The notes beneath the pieces were generated by a model. It searched no databases. It worked only from the letters and a program-made list of their open reading frames with translations, and had not been told where the DNA came from. From the NCBI RefSeq assembly GCF_017815535.1, contig NZ_CP072596.1, positions 2,115,614-2,139,613 of the forward strand: 24,000 nt of DNA, in the 5' to 3' direction. A program made the position numbers and the translations under genes. The DNA is from Tessaracoccus sp. MC1865 (GTDB taxonomy: Bacteria; Actinomycetota; Actinomycetes; Propionibacteriales; Propionibacteriaceae). Of this stretch, positions 1 to 9,140 are shown in pieces. Each line of letters starts with the position of its first letter. Positions within the stretch are counted from its first letter, which is position 1.

Positions 1-918
<918 letters not shown>

Positions 919-989
919 GTCTGGAGACTCTACAGTCGCGCATAGAGGCTGAGCGAATCGCCACGCCCCACCCCGATCCAGGGAAAGGC

Positions 990-1023
990 GAACGCCCACC
1001 CTGCCGGAGCAGGATGGGCGTTC
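990..1023 (-). terminator. GC-rich hairpin between rpsI and glmM (possible terminator or attenuator)
   Basis: GAACGCCCACCCT (990..1002) pairs with AGGATGGGCGTTC (1011..1023) at 12 of 13 positions, with an 8-nt loop. The hairpin lies 13 nt after the rpsI stop. On the minus strand it is followed by only a weak T-containing tail (GCCTTTCCC), so termination may be partial. Confidence 0.45.
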
Positions 1024-1035
1024 GACGTGCAGAGA

Positions 1036-1563
1036 TCAGCGCTTGCTGTACTGCGGAGCCTTACGGGCCTTCTTCAGACCGGCCTTCTTGCGCTCGATGA
1101 TGCGCGAGTCGCGGGTCAGCATGCCGGCCTTCTTCAGAGCCGGGCGCGAAGCCTCGGCATCGACCTGGTTCAGGGCGCGGGCCACACCGAGGCGCAGGGC
1201 GCCGGCCTGGCCGGAGGTGCCGCCACCGTCGATGCGGGCGATCACGTCGTAGGAGCCTTCGACGTTCGCGATCACGAACGGCTCGTTGACGTGCTGCTGG
1301 TGCAGCTTGTTCGGGAAGTACTCCTCGAGGCTGCGGCCGTTGATCTTCCAGGTGCCGGAGCCGGGCACGATACGCACGCGGGCGACGGCTTCCTTGCGAC
1401 GGCCGGTGCCGCCGCCGGGGGCGACGATGGCCGGACGGGTGTCGATGCCCGAGGCAGCGACCGGGTCGGCGTCGGAACGGTACGCGATTTCGCGGTTCTC
1501 TTCGTCGACGAAGGGAGTGATCTCCTCGACGACGGTCTCGTCGATCTCGTTGGTCTCAGTCAT
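1036..1563 (-). CDS. rpsI: 30S ribosomal protein uS9
   Basis: The ORF 1036..1584 contains [19 protein letters not shown] and the C-terminus [26 protein letters not shown], both canonical S9. I place the start at ATG 1563 (MTETNEID), 17 nt after the rplM stop and preceded by GAGGA. The GTG at 1584, which overlaps rplM, is the alternative. Confidence 0.93.
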   Translation of the reverse strand: MTETNEIDETVVEEITPFVDEENREIAYRSDADPVAASGIDTRPAIVAPGGGTGRRKEAVARVRIVPGSGTWKINGRSLEEYFPNKLHQQHVNEPFVIANVEGSYDVIARIDGGGTSGQAGALRLGVARALNQVDAEASRPALKKAGMLTRDSRIIERKKAGLKKARKAPQYSKR

Positions 1564-1580
1564 GTTCTTCGGTCCTCGGC

Positions 1581-2024
1581 TCACTGGGCGATCTGAATGA
1601 TCTCGAACGGCTGCGGCTTCTGGGCAGCGTGGGGGTGCTCGGGGCCCGCGTAGACCTTGAGCTTGCTCAGCATCTGACGGGAGAGCTTGTTCTTGGGGAG
1701 CATGCCCCAGACAGCCTTCTCGACGGCGCGGCGCGGATCCCTGTCAAGCAGTTCACCAATGGAGACGGCCTTCAGACCACCGGGACGACCGGAGTGCGAG
1801 TAGCGGTAATCGTCCGAGCGCTTGTTGCCGGAGAGCGCGATCTTCGATGCGTTGATCACGACGACGAAGTCACCCATGTCGACGTGGGGCGCGAACTGCG
1901 GCTTGTGCTTGCCACGCAGCAGGTTGGCGATCTGGGCAGCGAGGCGACCCAGAATGATGTTTTCGGCATCGATGACGTGCCAGTTGCGGACGATCTCGCC
2001 CGGCTTTGGGGTGTACGTAGACAC
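1581..2024 (-). CDS. rplM: 50S ribosomal protein uL13
   Basis: [27 protein letters not shown]...[24 protein letters not shown] is canonical L13. I chose GTG 2024 as the start (VSTYTPK, 147 aa, GGAAG 7 nt upstream). ATG 2038 and the track start at 2066 are alternatives. Confidence 0.93.
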   Translation of the reverse strand: MSTYTPKPGEIVRNWHVIDAENIILGRLAAQIANLLRGKHKPQFAPHVDMGDFVVVINASKIALSGNKRSDDYRYSHSGRPGGLKAVSIGELLDRDPRRAVEKAVWGMLPKNKLSRQMLSKLKVYAGPEHPHAAQKPQPFEIIQIAQ

Positions 2025-2116
2025 AGTCCCACTTCCATTCATACTTAACTGATGGGGGTTGCACACCGGGACAGCGCCCCGTTAGGCCCCGAAAAGATGG
2101 CGTACAACAGCTACCC

Positions 2117-2145
2117 ATCCTAAGTGCCGTGCGCCCCATCTGCAA
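2117..2145 (-). promoter_or_regulatory. Putative sigma-70-type promoter of rplM-rpsI
   Basis: On the minus strand, TTGCAG (2145..2140), a 17-nt spacer, then TAGGAT (2122..2117). This would give a leader of about 85 nt before the rplM start. The call rests on motif match only. Confidence 0.35.
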
Positions 2146-2242
2146 AATGACCGCTCCGGCGACACCCGCAGCCGATCACCACCGTTCAGGAGCGCGCCCC
2201 CTCCCCCGTCACGCCCCACATCGGCACCAACCGCGCAGCGGC

Positions 2243-2292
2243 CGATACCTATCGCCACACTTGATCTATCTATCGAGTTGCGATAGGTTTCG
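2243..2292 (+). promoter_or_regulatory. Promoter plus operator-like repeat array upstream of the DUF2975-HTH pair
   Basis: TTGATC (2261..2266), a 17-nt spacer, then TAGGTT (2284..2289), followed by the SD GAGGGGAG before ATG 2313. CGATACCTATCG (2243..2254) matches the reverse complement of CGATAGGTTTCG (2281..2292) at 11 of 12 positions. An inner perfect inverted repeat, CTATCG (2270..2275) N5 CGATAG (2281..2286), overlaps the -10 element. Confidence 0.45.
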
Positions 2293-2312
2293 AGCCTACG
2301 AGGGGAGCTCTC

Positions 2313-2804
2313 ATGGGCAATGCGACAATCTGGGCGTTGAAGGCGGTGATCGCGCTGTCGCTGGTCGGTTCGGTGGTGGTGCAGGTCATGATCCTGCCGG
2401 CAGTGTGGCGCGACATGGTCGACGGCGGTGCCCCGCTGTGGGCCCGCGTGACTCTGGTGGGCATCGCCGCGCTGGGGATACTGAGCATGCAGGTCTTCGC
2501 CGTGTGCGTCTGGCGCCTGCTGACGCTGGTACGCAGAGGTTCGGTGTTCTCGGAGGCCGCGTTCGGGTACGTCAACGTCATCATCGCCACGTTCGCCGTC
2601 GCCTCCGTGATCTGCCTCGTACTCGCCGTCGTCCTCGCGCCGGGCGGTGTCGCGCCGGGGCTCGTCGGCCTCATCTGCGGCGCGTCGCTGGTGCTGGCCG
2701 GTATCGCCCTGCTCGTCGTGGTGATGCGCCGCCTGCTCATCCAGGCCACCGCGCGCGAGTCCGAGGTCCGGGCGCTCCGCTCCGAACTCGACGAGGTGGT
2801 CTGA
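2313..2804 (+). CDS. DUF2975-family integral membrane protein
   Basis: 163 aa with about four hydrophobic helices, followed by a charged C-terminal helix (RRLLIQATARESEVRALRSELDEVV). The topology, size, and immediate downstream YozG-type HTH gene match the widespread DUF2975/YozG pairing. The family call comes from pattern recognition, not a search. Confidence 0.7.
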   Translation: MGNATIWALKAVIALSLVGSVVVQVMILPAVWRDMVDGGAPLWARVTLVGIAALGILSMQVFAVCVWRLLTLVRRGSVFSEAAFGYVNVIIATFAVASVICLVLAVVLAPGGVAPGLVGLICGASLVLAGIALLVVVMRRLLIQATARESEVRALRSELDEVV

Positions 2805-3077
2805 GTGGCCATCGTCGTCGACATCGACGTCATGTTGGCGCGCCGCAAGATGGCCGTCGGCACCCTCGCAGACCTCGTGGGCATCACGCCGGCGAACCTG
2901 GCGGTGCTCAAGAACGGCCGGGCCAAGGCCGTGCGCCTGACGACACTCGACGCGCTGTGCGAGGCCCTCCAATGTCAGCCGGGCGACCTGCTGCGGTGGG
3001 AACCCGACGCTGGCGCAGATGCCCTCGACGGCGGGGCCGTCGTCGCGTCCCCGAGGTTCGCCGACCGCACCGATTGA
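2805..3077 (+). CDS. Small XRE/Cro-type HTH transcriptional regulator (YozG-like)
   Basis: IVVDIDVMLARRKMAVGTLADLVGITPANLAVLKNGRAKAVRLTTLDALCEALQCQPGDLLRWEP is a typical HTH_26/YozG sequence. The GTG start directly abuts the upstream stop (TGAGTG), implying translational coupling. Confidence 0.8.
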   Translation: MAIVVDIDVMLARRKMAVGTLADLVGITPANLAVLKNGRAKAVRLTTLDALCEALQCQPGDLLRWEPDAGADALDGGAVVASPRFADRTD

Positions 3078-3130
3078 CCCTTTGGCAGGCCATTTGAGGG
3101 GGTCGGGGCCCACGGCCCGATCGCGCACAC

Positions 3131-3143
3131 TAACGTATGTGCA
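3131..3143 (+). promoter_or_regulatory. Candidate -10 element for a leaderless EF-G-paralogue mRNA
   Basis: TAACGT (3131..3136) fits TANNNT. Its last base lies 7 nt upstream of the A of ATG 3143. Neither ATG 3137 nor ATG 3143 is preceded by an SD. Confidence 0.3.
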
Positions 3144-5221
3144 TGGCCTCAAAGACGAGTTCCCAGATCACGATCACGTCCCCGGACGATGTACGCAACG
3201 TCGTCCTCGTCGGCGCGAGCGGATCGGGCAAGACAACCCTGTTCGAACACCTCCTGCGTGCGCGGGTGGATGGATATCGCGGCGAGAAGGAAACCCAGGA
3301 GCGCGCCGCCACGCTGTGGCTGGCGTCCATCCCGGCGATCGACGTCCAGATCAACCTCCTCGACGCTCCCGGGCACCCGGATTTCGTGGGTGAGCTGCGC
3401 GCAGGTCTGCGTGCCGCCGACGCCGCGGTCTTCGTGGTCCCTGCCGGTGACGACATCGATCCCACGACAGTCGCGTTGTGGGAGGAGTGCACGGAATCCA
3501 ACACCCCACGCATCATCGCGATCACCAAGCTGGACCAGGGCCGCGCGTCGTTCTCCGACATGGTCGCGGCCTGCCAGACAACCTTCGGCGCGGGAGTGAT
3601 CCCGGCGCTGATCCCGCTGGAGAAGGACGGCACCAACGTCGGCAACCTCTCTCTGCTGAACAAACGCGCCCATGACTACTCCACCGGCAAGCGGGTCTCC
3701 CGCGACTCCACTCCTGAGGAACTCGCTCTGATCGACGCGGCCCGCGCAGACCTGCTCGAGGCGATCATCACCGAGGTGCAGGACGACGACCTGATGGAGC
3801 GCTACCTCGAGGGCGAGGAGATCGCGGTGGAGGAAGCCAACGGCGCGCTGCTGCGCGCGGTCGTCGGCGCCCGCTTCTTCCCCGTCCTGCCCGCCCACAC
3901 CACCTCCGACAAGGGCACCGAGGAACTGCTGCGCTGGATCGAACAGGGCTTCCCGCCGCCGTCGATGCTGCCCGTGCCCCCAGTGACCACGCCCAACGGC
4001 GCGCGTCTGCCCGACGCCACGTGTGACCCCGACGGCCCGCTGGTGGCCCAGGTGGTGCGCACCACGTCGGACAACTTCGGCCGTTCCTCCCTCGTGCGCG
4101 TCTTCAGCGGCACGCTCCGCGGCGACCAGGTGGTCCACGTCTCCCGCAACCGCGAACTGTTCGGCTGGGACCCGGACCCGATGCGCCCGGACCAGGACGA
4201 AGAGGAGCGGATGGGCCCCATGTCGGCGCCCTACGGCACCGAGTTCACCCCGCTGAACCAGGCGATCGCCGGTGAGATCGTGCTCGTCAGCAAGCTGTCG
4301 AGGGCGGAGACGGGCGACACCCTGTCAGCCACGGAGCGCCCTGCGTTGATCGAGCCGTGGGAACTCCCCAGGCCGCTCCTGCCGGTGGCCATCAAGGCGA
4401 CCACCCGCGGCGACGAGGACAAGCTCGCCGGCGCCCTCCACCGCATCTCGATGGAGGACACCACCGTGCGGCTCGAACGCAACTCCGAGACCGAGCAGCA
4501 GCTGCTCTGGGTCATGGGCCAGGCGCAGAAGGACCTGGCGCTGAGCAAGTTGAAGGACCGCTTCGGGCTCAACGTCGTCGAGGAGGAGGTGCGCGTCGCG
4601 CTCCGCGAAACCGTACTGACGCCGTCGAAGGGGATCGGCCGCAACGTGAAGCAGTCCGGTGGCCACGGCCAGTACGCCATCTGCAACATCCAACTGGAGC
4701 CGCTCGAGCGCGGCGCCGGCTTCGAGTTCGTCGACAAGGTCGTCGGAGGGTCTGTGCCGCGCGCCTACATCGGATCGGTCGAGAAGGGCATTGAGCAGCA
4801 GTTGGCGCTGGGCACCAAGTTCGGCGTGCCGATGGTCGACGTGCGGGTCACGCTCTACGACGGCAAGTCCCACTCTGTCGACTCCTCCGACATGGCCTTC
4901 CAGGTCGCCGGGCAGTACGCGCTGCGCGACGCGTCGGAGAAGGGTCAGGTGGGGCTCCTGGAACCCATCGAGCGGGTCCGGGTGCGAGTGGGCGACCAGT
5001 ATCTCGGCGCCGCGCTGACCGACCTCGGCGCACGACGCGCGCAAGTGCAGGGCACGGAGATGGACGGCAACGGCCACGCCGTGGTCGAGGCGCTGGTGCC
5101 TGCGATCGAGTTGGTGAGCTACCCGATCGACCTGCGCGGCGTCGCCCAGGGCACGGGCACCTTCACCCGCGAGTTCGTGGGCTACGAACTCATGCCTCAG
5201 GAGGCCTGGCCCACCGCCTGA
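3137..5221 (+). CDS. Elongation factor G paralogue (EF-G2-like translational GTPase)
   Basis: 694 aa. P-loop GASGSGKTT, switch [10 protein letters not shown], and full-length EF-G architecture with a conserved C-terminal block ([47 protein letters not shown]). The start may instead be ATG 3143 (MASKTSS) if the mRNA is leaderless. Confidence 0.88.
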   Translation: MCMASKTSSQITITSPDDVRNVVLVGASGSGKTTLFEHLLRARVDGYRGEKETQERAATLWLASIPAIDVQINLLDAPGHPDFVGELRAGLRAADAAVFVVPAGDDIDPTTVALWEECTESNTPRIIAITKLDQGRASFSDMVAACQTTFGAGVIPALIPLEKDGTNVGNLSLLNKRAHDYSTGKRVSRDSTPEELALIDAARADLLEAIITEVQDDDLMERYLEGEEIAVEEANGALLRAVVGARFFPVLPAHTTSDKGTEELLRWIEQGFPPPSMLPVPPVTTPNGARLPDATCDPDGPLVAQVVRTTSDNFGRSSLVRVFSGTLRGDQVVHVSRNRELFGWDPDPMRPDQDEEERMGPMSAPYGTEFTPLNQAIAGEIVLVSKLSRAETGDTLSATERPALIEPWELPRPLLPVAIKATTRGDEDKLAGALHRISMEDTTVRLERNSETEQQLLWVMGQAQKDLALSKLKDRFGLNVVEEEVRVALRETVLTPSKGIGRNVKQSGGHGQYAICNIQLEPLERGAGFEFVDKVVGGSVPRAYIGSVEKGIEQQLALGTKFGVPMVDVRVTLYDGKSHSVDSSDMAFQVAGQYALRDASEKGQVGLLEPIERVRVRVGDQYLGAALTDLGARRAQVQGTEMDGNGHAVVEALVPAIELVSYPIDLRGVAQGTGTFTREFVGYELMPQEAWPTA

Positions 5222-6405
5222 TCGGTGAGCACGTCCAGGAGGGCGTCGGCGACTTCTCGTTTGGAGCCCGACGCCTCCTTCACGACCTCGTCCCGCGCAT
5301 CCAGCACGTACAACGTGTTGTGCGACGTCTCGAAGCCCTTGTCCCAGCCCACCTGGTTCACCGCCAGGAGGTCGACGCCCTTCTTCTGCCGTTTCCGACG
5401 CCCGCGCTCGAGGTAGTCGTCCCCGGTTTCCGCCGCGAAGGCCACGATGGTCTGCCCGTCGCGGCGCCCAGCGGCCAGCCCCGCAACGATGTCCTCGTTC
5501 TCGACGAGGGTGAGCGACGGCACTCCCCCGACCTCCTTGGTGAGTTTGCCCTCGGAGACCTCCGCCACGCGGAAATCCGCCACGGCCGCGGCCATGATCA
5601 CGACGTCGGCCTCGGCGGCCAGTGAGCGCATCACTCCGGCGAGTTCCGCAGCGGAACCCGCCGTCGTGATCTCGACGCCGGGACGCTGGGCAGGGCGCAG
5701 CACGTCCGCCTCGACGTTGGTTGCGGCCAGCAGCACGCGCGCGCCGCGTTCGGCGGCGGCGACGGCGATCGCCACGCCCTGCCTGCCGCTGGAGCGGTTG
5801 CCGATGAAACGCACCGGGTCGATGGGCTCTCGGGTACCGCCGGCCGAGACCGCCAGGGTGACGCCCTCCAGATCCCGTCGACGGCCGGCCAGCGCCAGGG
5901 CGGCCTCGTAGATGGCCTCGGGTTCACTCATCCTGCCCGGGCCGGAATCGCCGCCGGTCAGCGGCCCGTCGTCGGGGCCCACGACGTGCACGCCGCGGCT
6001 CCGCAGCGTCGCCATGTTCGCCTGCGTGGCGGCATGCAGCCACATCTCCGTGTGCATGGCCGGGGCGACCAGCACCGGCGCCTTCGTGGCCAGCAGCGTG
6101 GTGCCCAGCAGGTCCGACGCCAGGCCGGCGGCCATCGCGGCGAGGGTGTTGGCCGTGGCGGGCGCGACGATGACCAGGTCTGCGTTCTGCCCGAGCGCCA
6201 CGTGGCGCACCCGGGGGACGTCGTCGTGCACGGAGGTGGTGACCGGGTTGCGGCTCAGCGACTCCCAGGTGGGACGTCCCACGAACCGCAGCGCGTCCTC
6301 TGTCGGCACGACATGCACCTCATGCCCGTCGCCGATCAGCAGCCGCACCAGGTGCACCACCTTGTACGCCGCGATGCCGCCGCTGACCCCAACCACAATG
6401 TTCAT
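5197..6405 (-). CDS. coaBC: Bifunctional phosphopantothenoylcysteine decarboxylase / phosphopantothenate-cysteine ligase
   Basis: [23 protein letters not shown]...[20 protein letters not shown]...[26 protein letters not shown]...MAAAVADFR is a canonical Dfp/CoaBC flavoprotein plus CoaB domain. The start is at ATG 6405. The track's 610-aa ORF extends upstream through the antisense of the NRDE gene, and I rejected that extension. Confidence 0.92.
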   Translation of the reverse strand: MNIVVGVSGGIAAYKVVHLVRLLIGDGHEVHVVPTEDALRFVGRPTWESLSRNPVTTSVHDDVPRVRHVALGQNADLVIVAPATANTLAAMAAGLASDLLGTTLLATKAPVLVAPAMHTEMWLHAATQANMATLRSRGVHVVGPDDGPLTGGDSGPGRMSEPEAIYEAALALAGRRRDLEGVTLAVSAGGTREPIDPVRFIGNRSSGRQGVAIAVAAAERGARVLLAATNVEADVLRPAQRPGVEITTAGSAAELAGVMRSLAAEADVVIMAAAVADFRVAEVSEGKLTKEVGGVPSLTLVENEDIVAGLAAGRRDGQTIVAFAAETGDDYLERGRRKRQKKGVDLLAVNQVGWDKGFETSHNTLYVLDARDEVVKEASGSKREVADALLDVLTDQAVGQAS

Positions 6406-6441
6406 GTCCGTGATTCTTTCATCCGGGTACGCTGACTGACC
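6406..6441. promoter_or_regulatory. 36-bp divergent control region between coaBC and the NRDE-family gene
   Basis: Only 36 bp separate the two start codons, and neither has an SD. On the plus strand, TACGCT (6428..6433) lies 9 nt before ATG 6442. On the minus strand, AAGAAT (6418..6413) lies 8 nt before ATG 6405. Both arrangements are compatible with leaderless or near-leaderless transcripts. Confidence 0.3.
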
Positions 6442-7158
6442 ATGTGCACCGTGGTGATTCGCGTTCCCGAGCCCGGGCCGGGCCGCGTCAGGCTGCTGGC
6501 CATCCGGGACGAGGACCCGGGCCGGCCGTGGCGGCCGGTGGGCCAGTGGTGGCCCCAGCACCCGGAGATCACCGGTATCCAGGACCTGTCCGCCGGCGGA
6601 GCATGGCTCGCGCACAACCACCTGCAGCTCAGCGTCCTCCTGAACCGCGCGGGCGGTCCACCCGAGGGCATCATCCCGACGACCCGGGGCGACCTCGTCA
6701 TCGGCTCCCTCACGGGACGCCAGGTCCCGGCGACGCCCACCACCCTGGGGTTCAACCTGGTGGAGGCCACCTTCGACAGCGTGCGCGTCACCTCCTGGGA
6801 GGGAGGCGCGACGCGCACCGTCGACCTCGAGCCGGGCACGCACATGATCGCGCACTCGGACGTCGACGACTTCGGGGCGGAGCGCATCGCGCACTGGCTG
6901 CACCGCTTCGCCGACGCCCCCACCGAGGGGGTGCGCTGGTGGACGCAGTGGGCCAAGGTGCTCGACGAGGGCGGCCGGAACCTGGACCCGACAGACGACC
7001 GCGCGCTCATCCGCGACAACCGCGCCCACGGCTTCCCGACGCTGTCGCTGCTGGCCGTCGTGGCGTCGATCGGCCCCGGCAACGTCACCAGCGGGATGGG
7101 TGTGCTCGGGGAACCCGGGGTCTGGGAGCCGGTCGCTCCCCTCCTCACCAGTCCCTGA
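6442..7158 (+). CDS. NRDE-family protein (bacterial TANGO2 homologue, DUF833)
   Basis: The protein starts Met-Cys (MCTVV), as the family does. LLAIRDEDPGRPW is the NRDE motif with Ile in place of Asn. The length, 238 aa, is typical of the family. Confidence 0.75.
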   Translation: MCTVVIRVPEPGPGRVRLLAIRDEDPGRPWRPVGQWWPQHPEITGIQDLSAGGAWLAHNHLQLSVLLNRAGGPPEGIIPTTRGDLVIGSLTGRQVPATPTTLGFNLVEATFDSVRVTSWEGGATRTVDLEPGTHMIAHSDVDDFGAERIAHWLHRFADAPTEGVRWWTQWAKVLDEGGRNLDPTDDRALIRDNRAHGFPTLSLLAVVASIGPGNVTSGMGVLGEPGVWEPVAPLLTSP

Positions 7159-7167
7159 ACCGTCGGC

Positions 7168-7551
7168 TCAGAGGATCCCGCCGCTCGGCACGATCCGCTT
7201 GCCGAACGGGAAGCAGGTCACCGGGATCATCTTCAGCGACACCCACGCATTGGCGATACCGATGACGGTCAGCGACTGCGCGAGCGCCGAGGTGATGTGC
7301 AGGAGCGCCAGCCACCACCCCGCCACCACGAACCAGATGACGTTCATGAGCCCTGATCCCCAACCGGCCCCCGGCTTCGGTTCGACGGTGCGGCCGAACG
7401 GCCAGAGCACGTAGTTGGCCATGCGGAACGACGCGAGCCCGGCCGGGATCGTCACGATGAAGATGCAGGCGATCACGCCCGCCAGCATGTAGCCCAGGGC
7501 CAGCCAGAAGCCGCCCAGGATGACCCAGATGACGTTGAGAATGGTGCGCAT
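7168..7551 (-). CDS. yccF: YccF-domain inner membrane protein
   Basis: MRTILNVIWVILGGFWLALGYMLAG...MNVIWFVVAGWWLALLHITSALAQSLTVIGIANAW shows the duplicated YccF repeat and aligns by eye with E. coli YccF (MRTVLNILNFVLGGF...). The start is ATG 7551, preceded by GAGGAG. The track start at 7581 adds 10 unsupported residues. Confidence 0.85.
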   Translation of the reverse strand: MRTILNVIWVILGGFWLALGYMLAGVIACIFIVTIPAGLASFRMANYVLWPFGRTVEPKPGAGWGSGLMNVIWFVVAGWWLALLHITSALAQSLTVIGIANAWVSLKMIPVTCFPFGKRIVPSGGIL

Positions 7552-7609
7552 CGATGACTCCTCGTGGTTGCCGATCAGCACCTCACAGTCTAGTTCGCGC
7601 GGTCACCGG

Positions 7610-7622
7610 TAGGCTGGGCCGG
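7610..7622 (+). promoter_or_regulatory. Candidate -10 element for leaderless trmB
   Basis: TAGGCT (7610..7615) ends 7 nt upstream of the G of GTG 7622. No SD is present. Confidence 0.3.
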
Positions 7623-8353
7623 TGATTTCCCGACCCCCACGCCCCCGCCGCGACATCGTCAGTTTCGTGCGCCGCAGCACGCGGATGAACGAGTCGCAGA
7701 CCAAGGCCTGGGAGCGGCATGCCGCCGAATACCTCGTGGACATCCCGCGTGGCGAGTTGGACACCTCCGTGGCGCCTGAGGCCCACGTCGACTGGGCCGC
7801 GGAGTTCGGGCGTGAGGCGCCGCTGATCGTGGAGATCGGCTCCGGCGCCGGCGACTCCCTCGTCCCCATGGCCGCCGGCCGTCCCGAATGCAACGTGGTG
7901 GCGTTCGAGGTGTTCGAGCCCGCCGTCGCGTCCACGCTCGGCCGGCTGGGCCGCATCGGAGCCACCAACGTGCGTCTGGCCCTGGTGGACGGGGCGCAGG
8001 CGCTCCCCCGCCTGTTCGACGACGGCTCGGTCACCGAACTGTGGACGTTCTTCGCTGACCCCTGGCACAAGAAGCGCCACCACAAGCGTCGCCTCGTCAG
8101 CACGGGGTTCGCCGATGTCGTGGCCGCCAAACTGGCGCCGTCCGGGGTGTGGCGACTGGCCACCGACTGGGAGGACTACGCGCTCTGGATGCGGGAGCAC
8201 CTCGACGACCACCCCGGCCTGGTCAACGTGCACGACGGTTGGGCCCCCAGACTCGAGGAGCGCCCCGTCACCAAGTACGAGGCACGCGGGTTGGCCGCGG
8301 GCCGCACCGTCTTCGACCTCACCTACCGGAGGGCCGATGCGACTCAGGATTGA
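7622..8353 (+). CDS. trmB: tRNA (guanine46-N7)-methyltransferase
   Basis: VEIGSGAGDSL (SAM motif) and TFFADPWHKKRHHKRRLV (TrmB signature) are both present. 243 aa. Confidence 0.9.
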   Translation: MISRPPRPRRDIVSFVRRSTRMNESQTKAWERHAAEYLVDIPRGELDTSVAPEAHVDWAAEFGREAPLIVEIGSGAGDSLVPMAAGRPECNVVAFEVFEPAVASTLGRLGRIGATNVRLALVDGAQALPRLFDDGSVTELWTFFADPWHKKRHHKRRLVSTGFADVVAAKLAPSGVWRLATDWEDYALWMREHLDDHPGLVNVHDGWAPRLEERPVTKYEARGLAAGRTVFDLTYRRADATQD

Positions 8354-9140
8354 TTTGGCCTACGACGGCACCGAGTTCCACGGCTGGGCCACCCAGCCCG
8401 GGCTACGCACGGTGCAGGCGACCCTCGAAGAATGGATCGGCAAGGTGCTGCGCCTCGCCGGGCCGCCCACACTGGTGGTCGCGGGCCGCACCGACGCGGG
8501 CGTGCACGCCCGACGCCAGACCTGCCACGCCGACCTGGACCTCGACGAGGACCCGTCGGCCACCCTGCTGCGCCGTCTCCGCCGCGTCCTCCCGGACGAC
8601 ATCGCCATCCGCGACGTCACCCCGGCCCCCGAAGGTTTCGACGCGCGGTTCTCGGCCATCTGGCGGCGCTACTGCTATCGCCTGACCGACGGGGTCGCCG
8701 ATCCGCTGCTGCGCGGGCACATCACACCGTCGCGCGAACCGATCGACGTCGGCGCGCTCAACGCCGCCGCGGAACTGCTGATCGGGCTGCGGGACTTCGC
8801 CGCCTTCTGCCGGCCGCGCCAGGGTGCCACCACCATCCGCGACCTCCGGGAGCTCAGCGCCACCCGCCGCCCCGACGGCGTGATCGAGGTGCACCTGCTG
8901 GCGGACGCGTTCTGCCACTCGATGGTGCGCTCCCTGATGGGCGCGCTGACCGCCGTGGCGGCGGGGCGGCGCAGCCTCTCCTGGTTGGAGGAGGTGGCCG
9001 CCAGCAGCGTGCGCCATGGCGAGGTGCAGGTCATGCCGGCCCGTGGCCTCACGCTGGAAGAGGTGGGCTATCCGCCCGACGATGAACTGGCCGCCCGCGC
9101 CACCGCGGCGCGCGCCATGCGCACCCTGGAGACATCATGA
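8337..9140 (+). CDS. truA: tRNA pseudouridine(38-40) synthase
   Basis: MRLRIDLAYDGTEFHGWATQPGLRTVQ...VAGRTDAGVHARRQ contains the catalytic-Asp motif RTDAGVHA. The start is ATG 8337, overlapping the trmB end by 17 nt. The track start at 8115 lies out of frame inside trmB and I rejected it. Confidence 0.92.
   Translation: MRLRIDLAYDGTEFHGWATQPGLRTVQATLEEWIGKVLRLAGPPTLVVAGRTDAGVHARRQTCHADLDLDEDPSATLLRRLRRVLPDDIAIRDVTPAPEGFDARFSAIWRRYCYRLTDGVADPLLRGHITPSREPIDVGALNAAAELLIGLRDFAAFCRPRQGATTIRDLRELSATRRPDGVIEVHLLADAFCHSMVRSLMGALTAVAAGRRSLSWLEEVAASSVRHGEVQVMPARGLTLEEVGYPPDDELAARATAARAMRTLETS

Noticed and set aside
919-1035. Possible riboswitch or ribozyme upstream of glmM (by analogy with the glmS ribozyme)
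   Set aside because: The glmS ribozyme regulates glmS, not glmM, and is much larger and more complex. Only a single simple hairpin is present here.
2082-3152. 356-aa minus-strand and 322-aa plus-strand (2129..3097) ORFs over the DUF2975/HTH region
   Set aside because: Their translations are Arg/Pro/Gly-rich with no domain features. The in-frame alternatives give a coherent multi-TM protein and a textbook HTH, with coupled stop and start.
3149-5077. Minus-strand ORFs 3149..4138 (329 aa) and 4325..5077 (250 aa)
   Set aside because: They are antisense to the full-length EF-G paralogue and have no motifs.
6406-7029. N-terminal extension making coaBC a 610-aa ORF
   Set aside because: The extension is antisense to the NRDE gene, has no homology, and precedes a perfect CoaBC N-terminus ([15 protein letters not shown]) at 6405.
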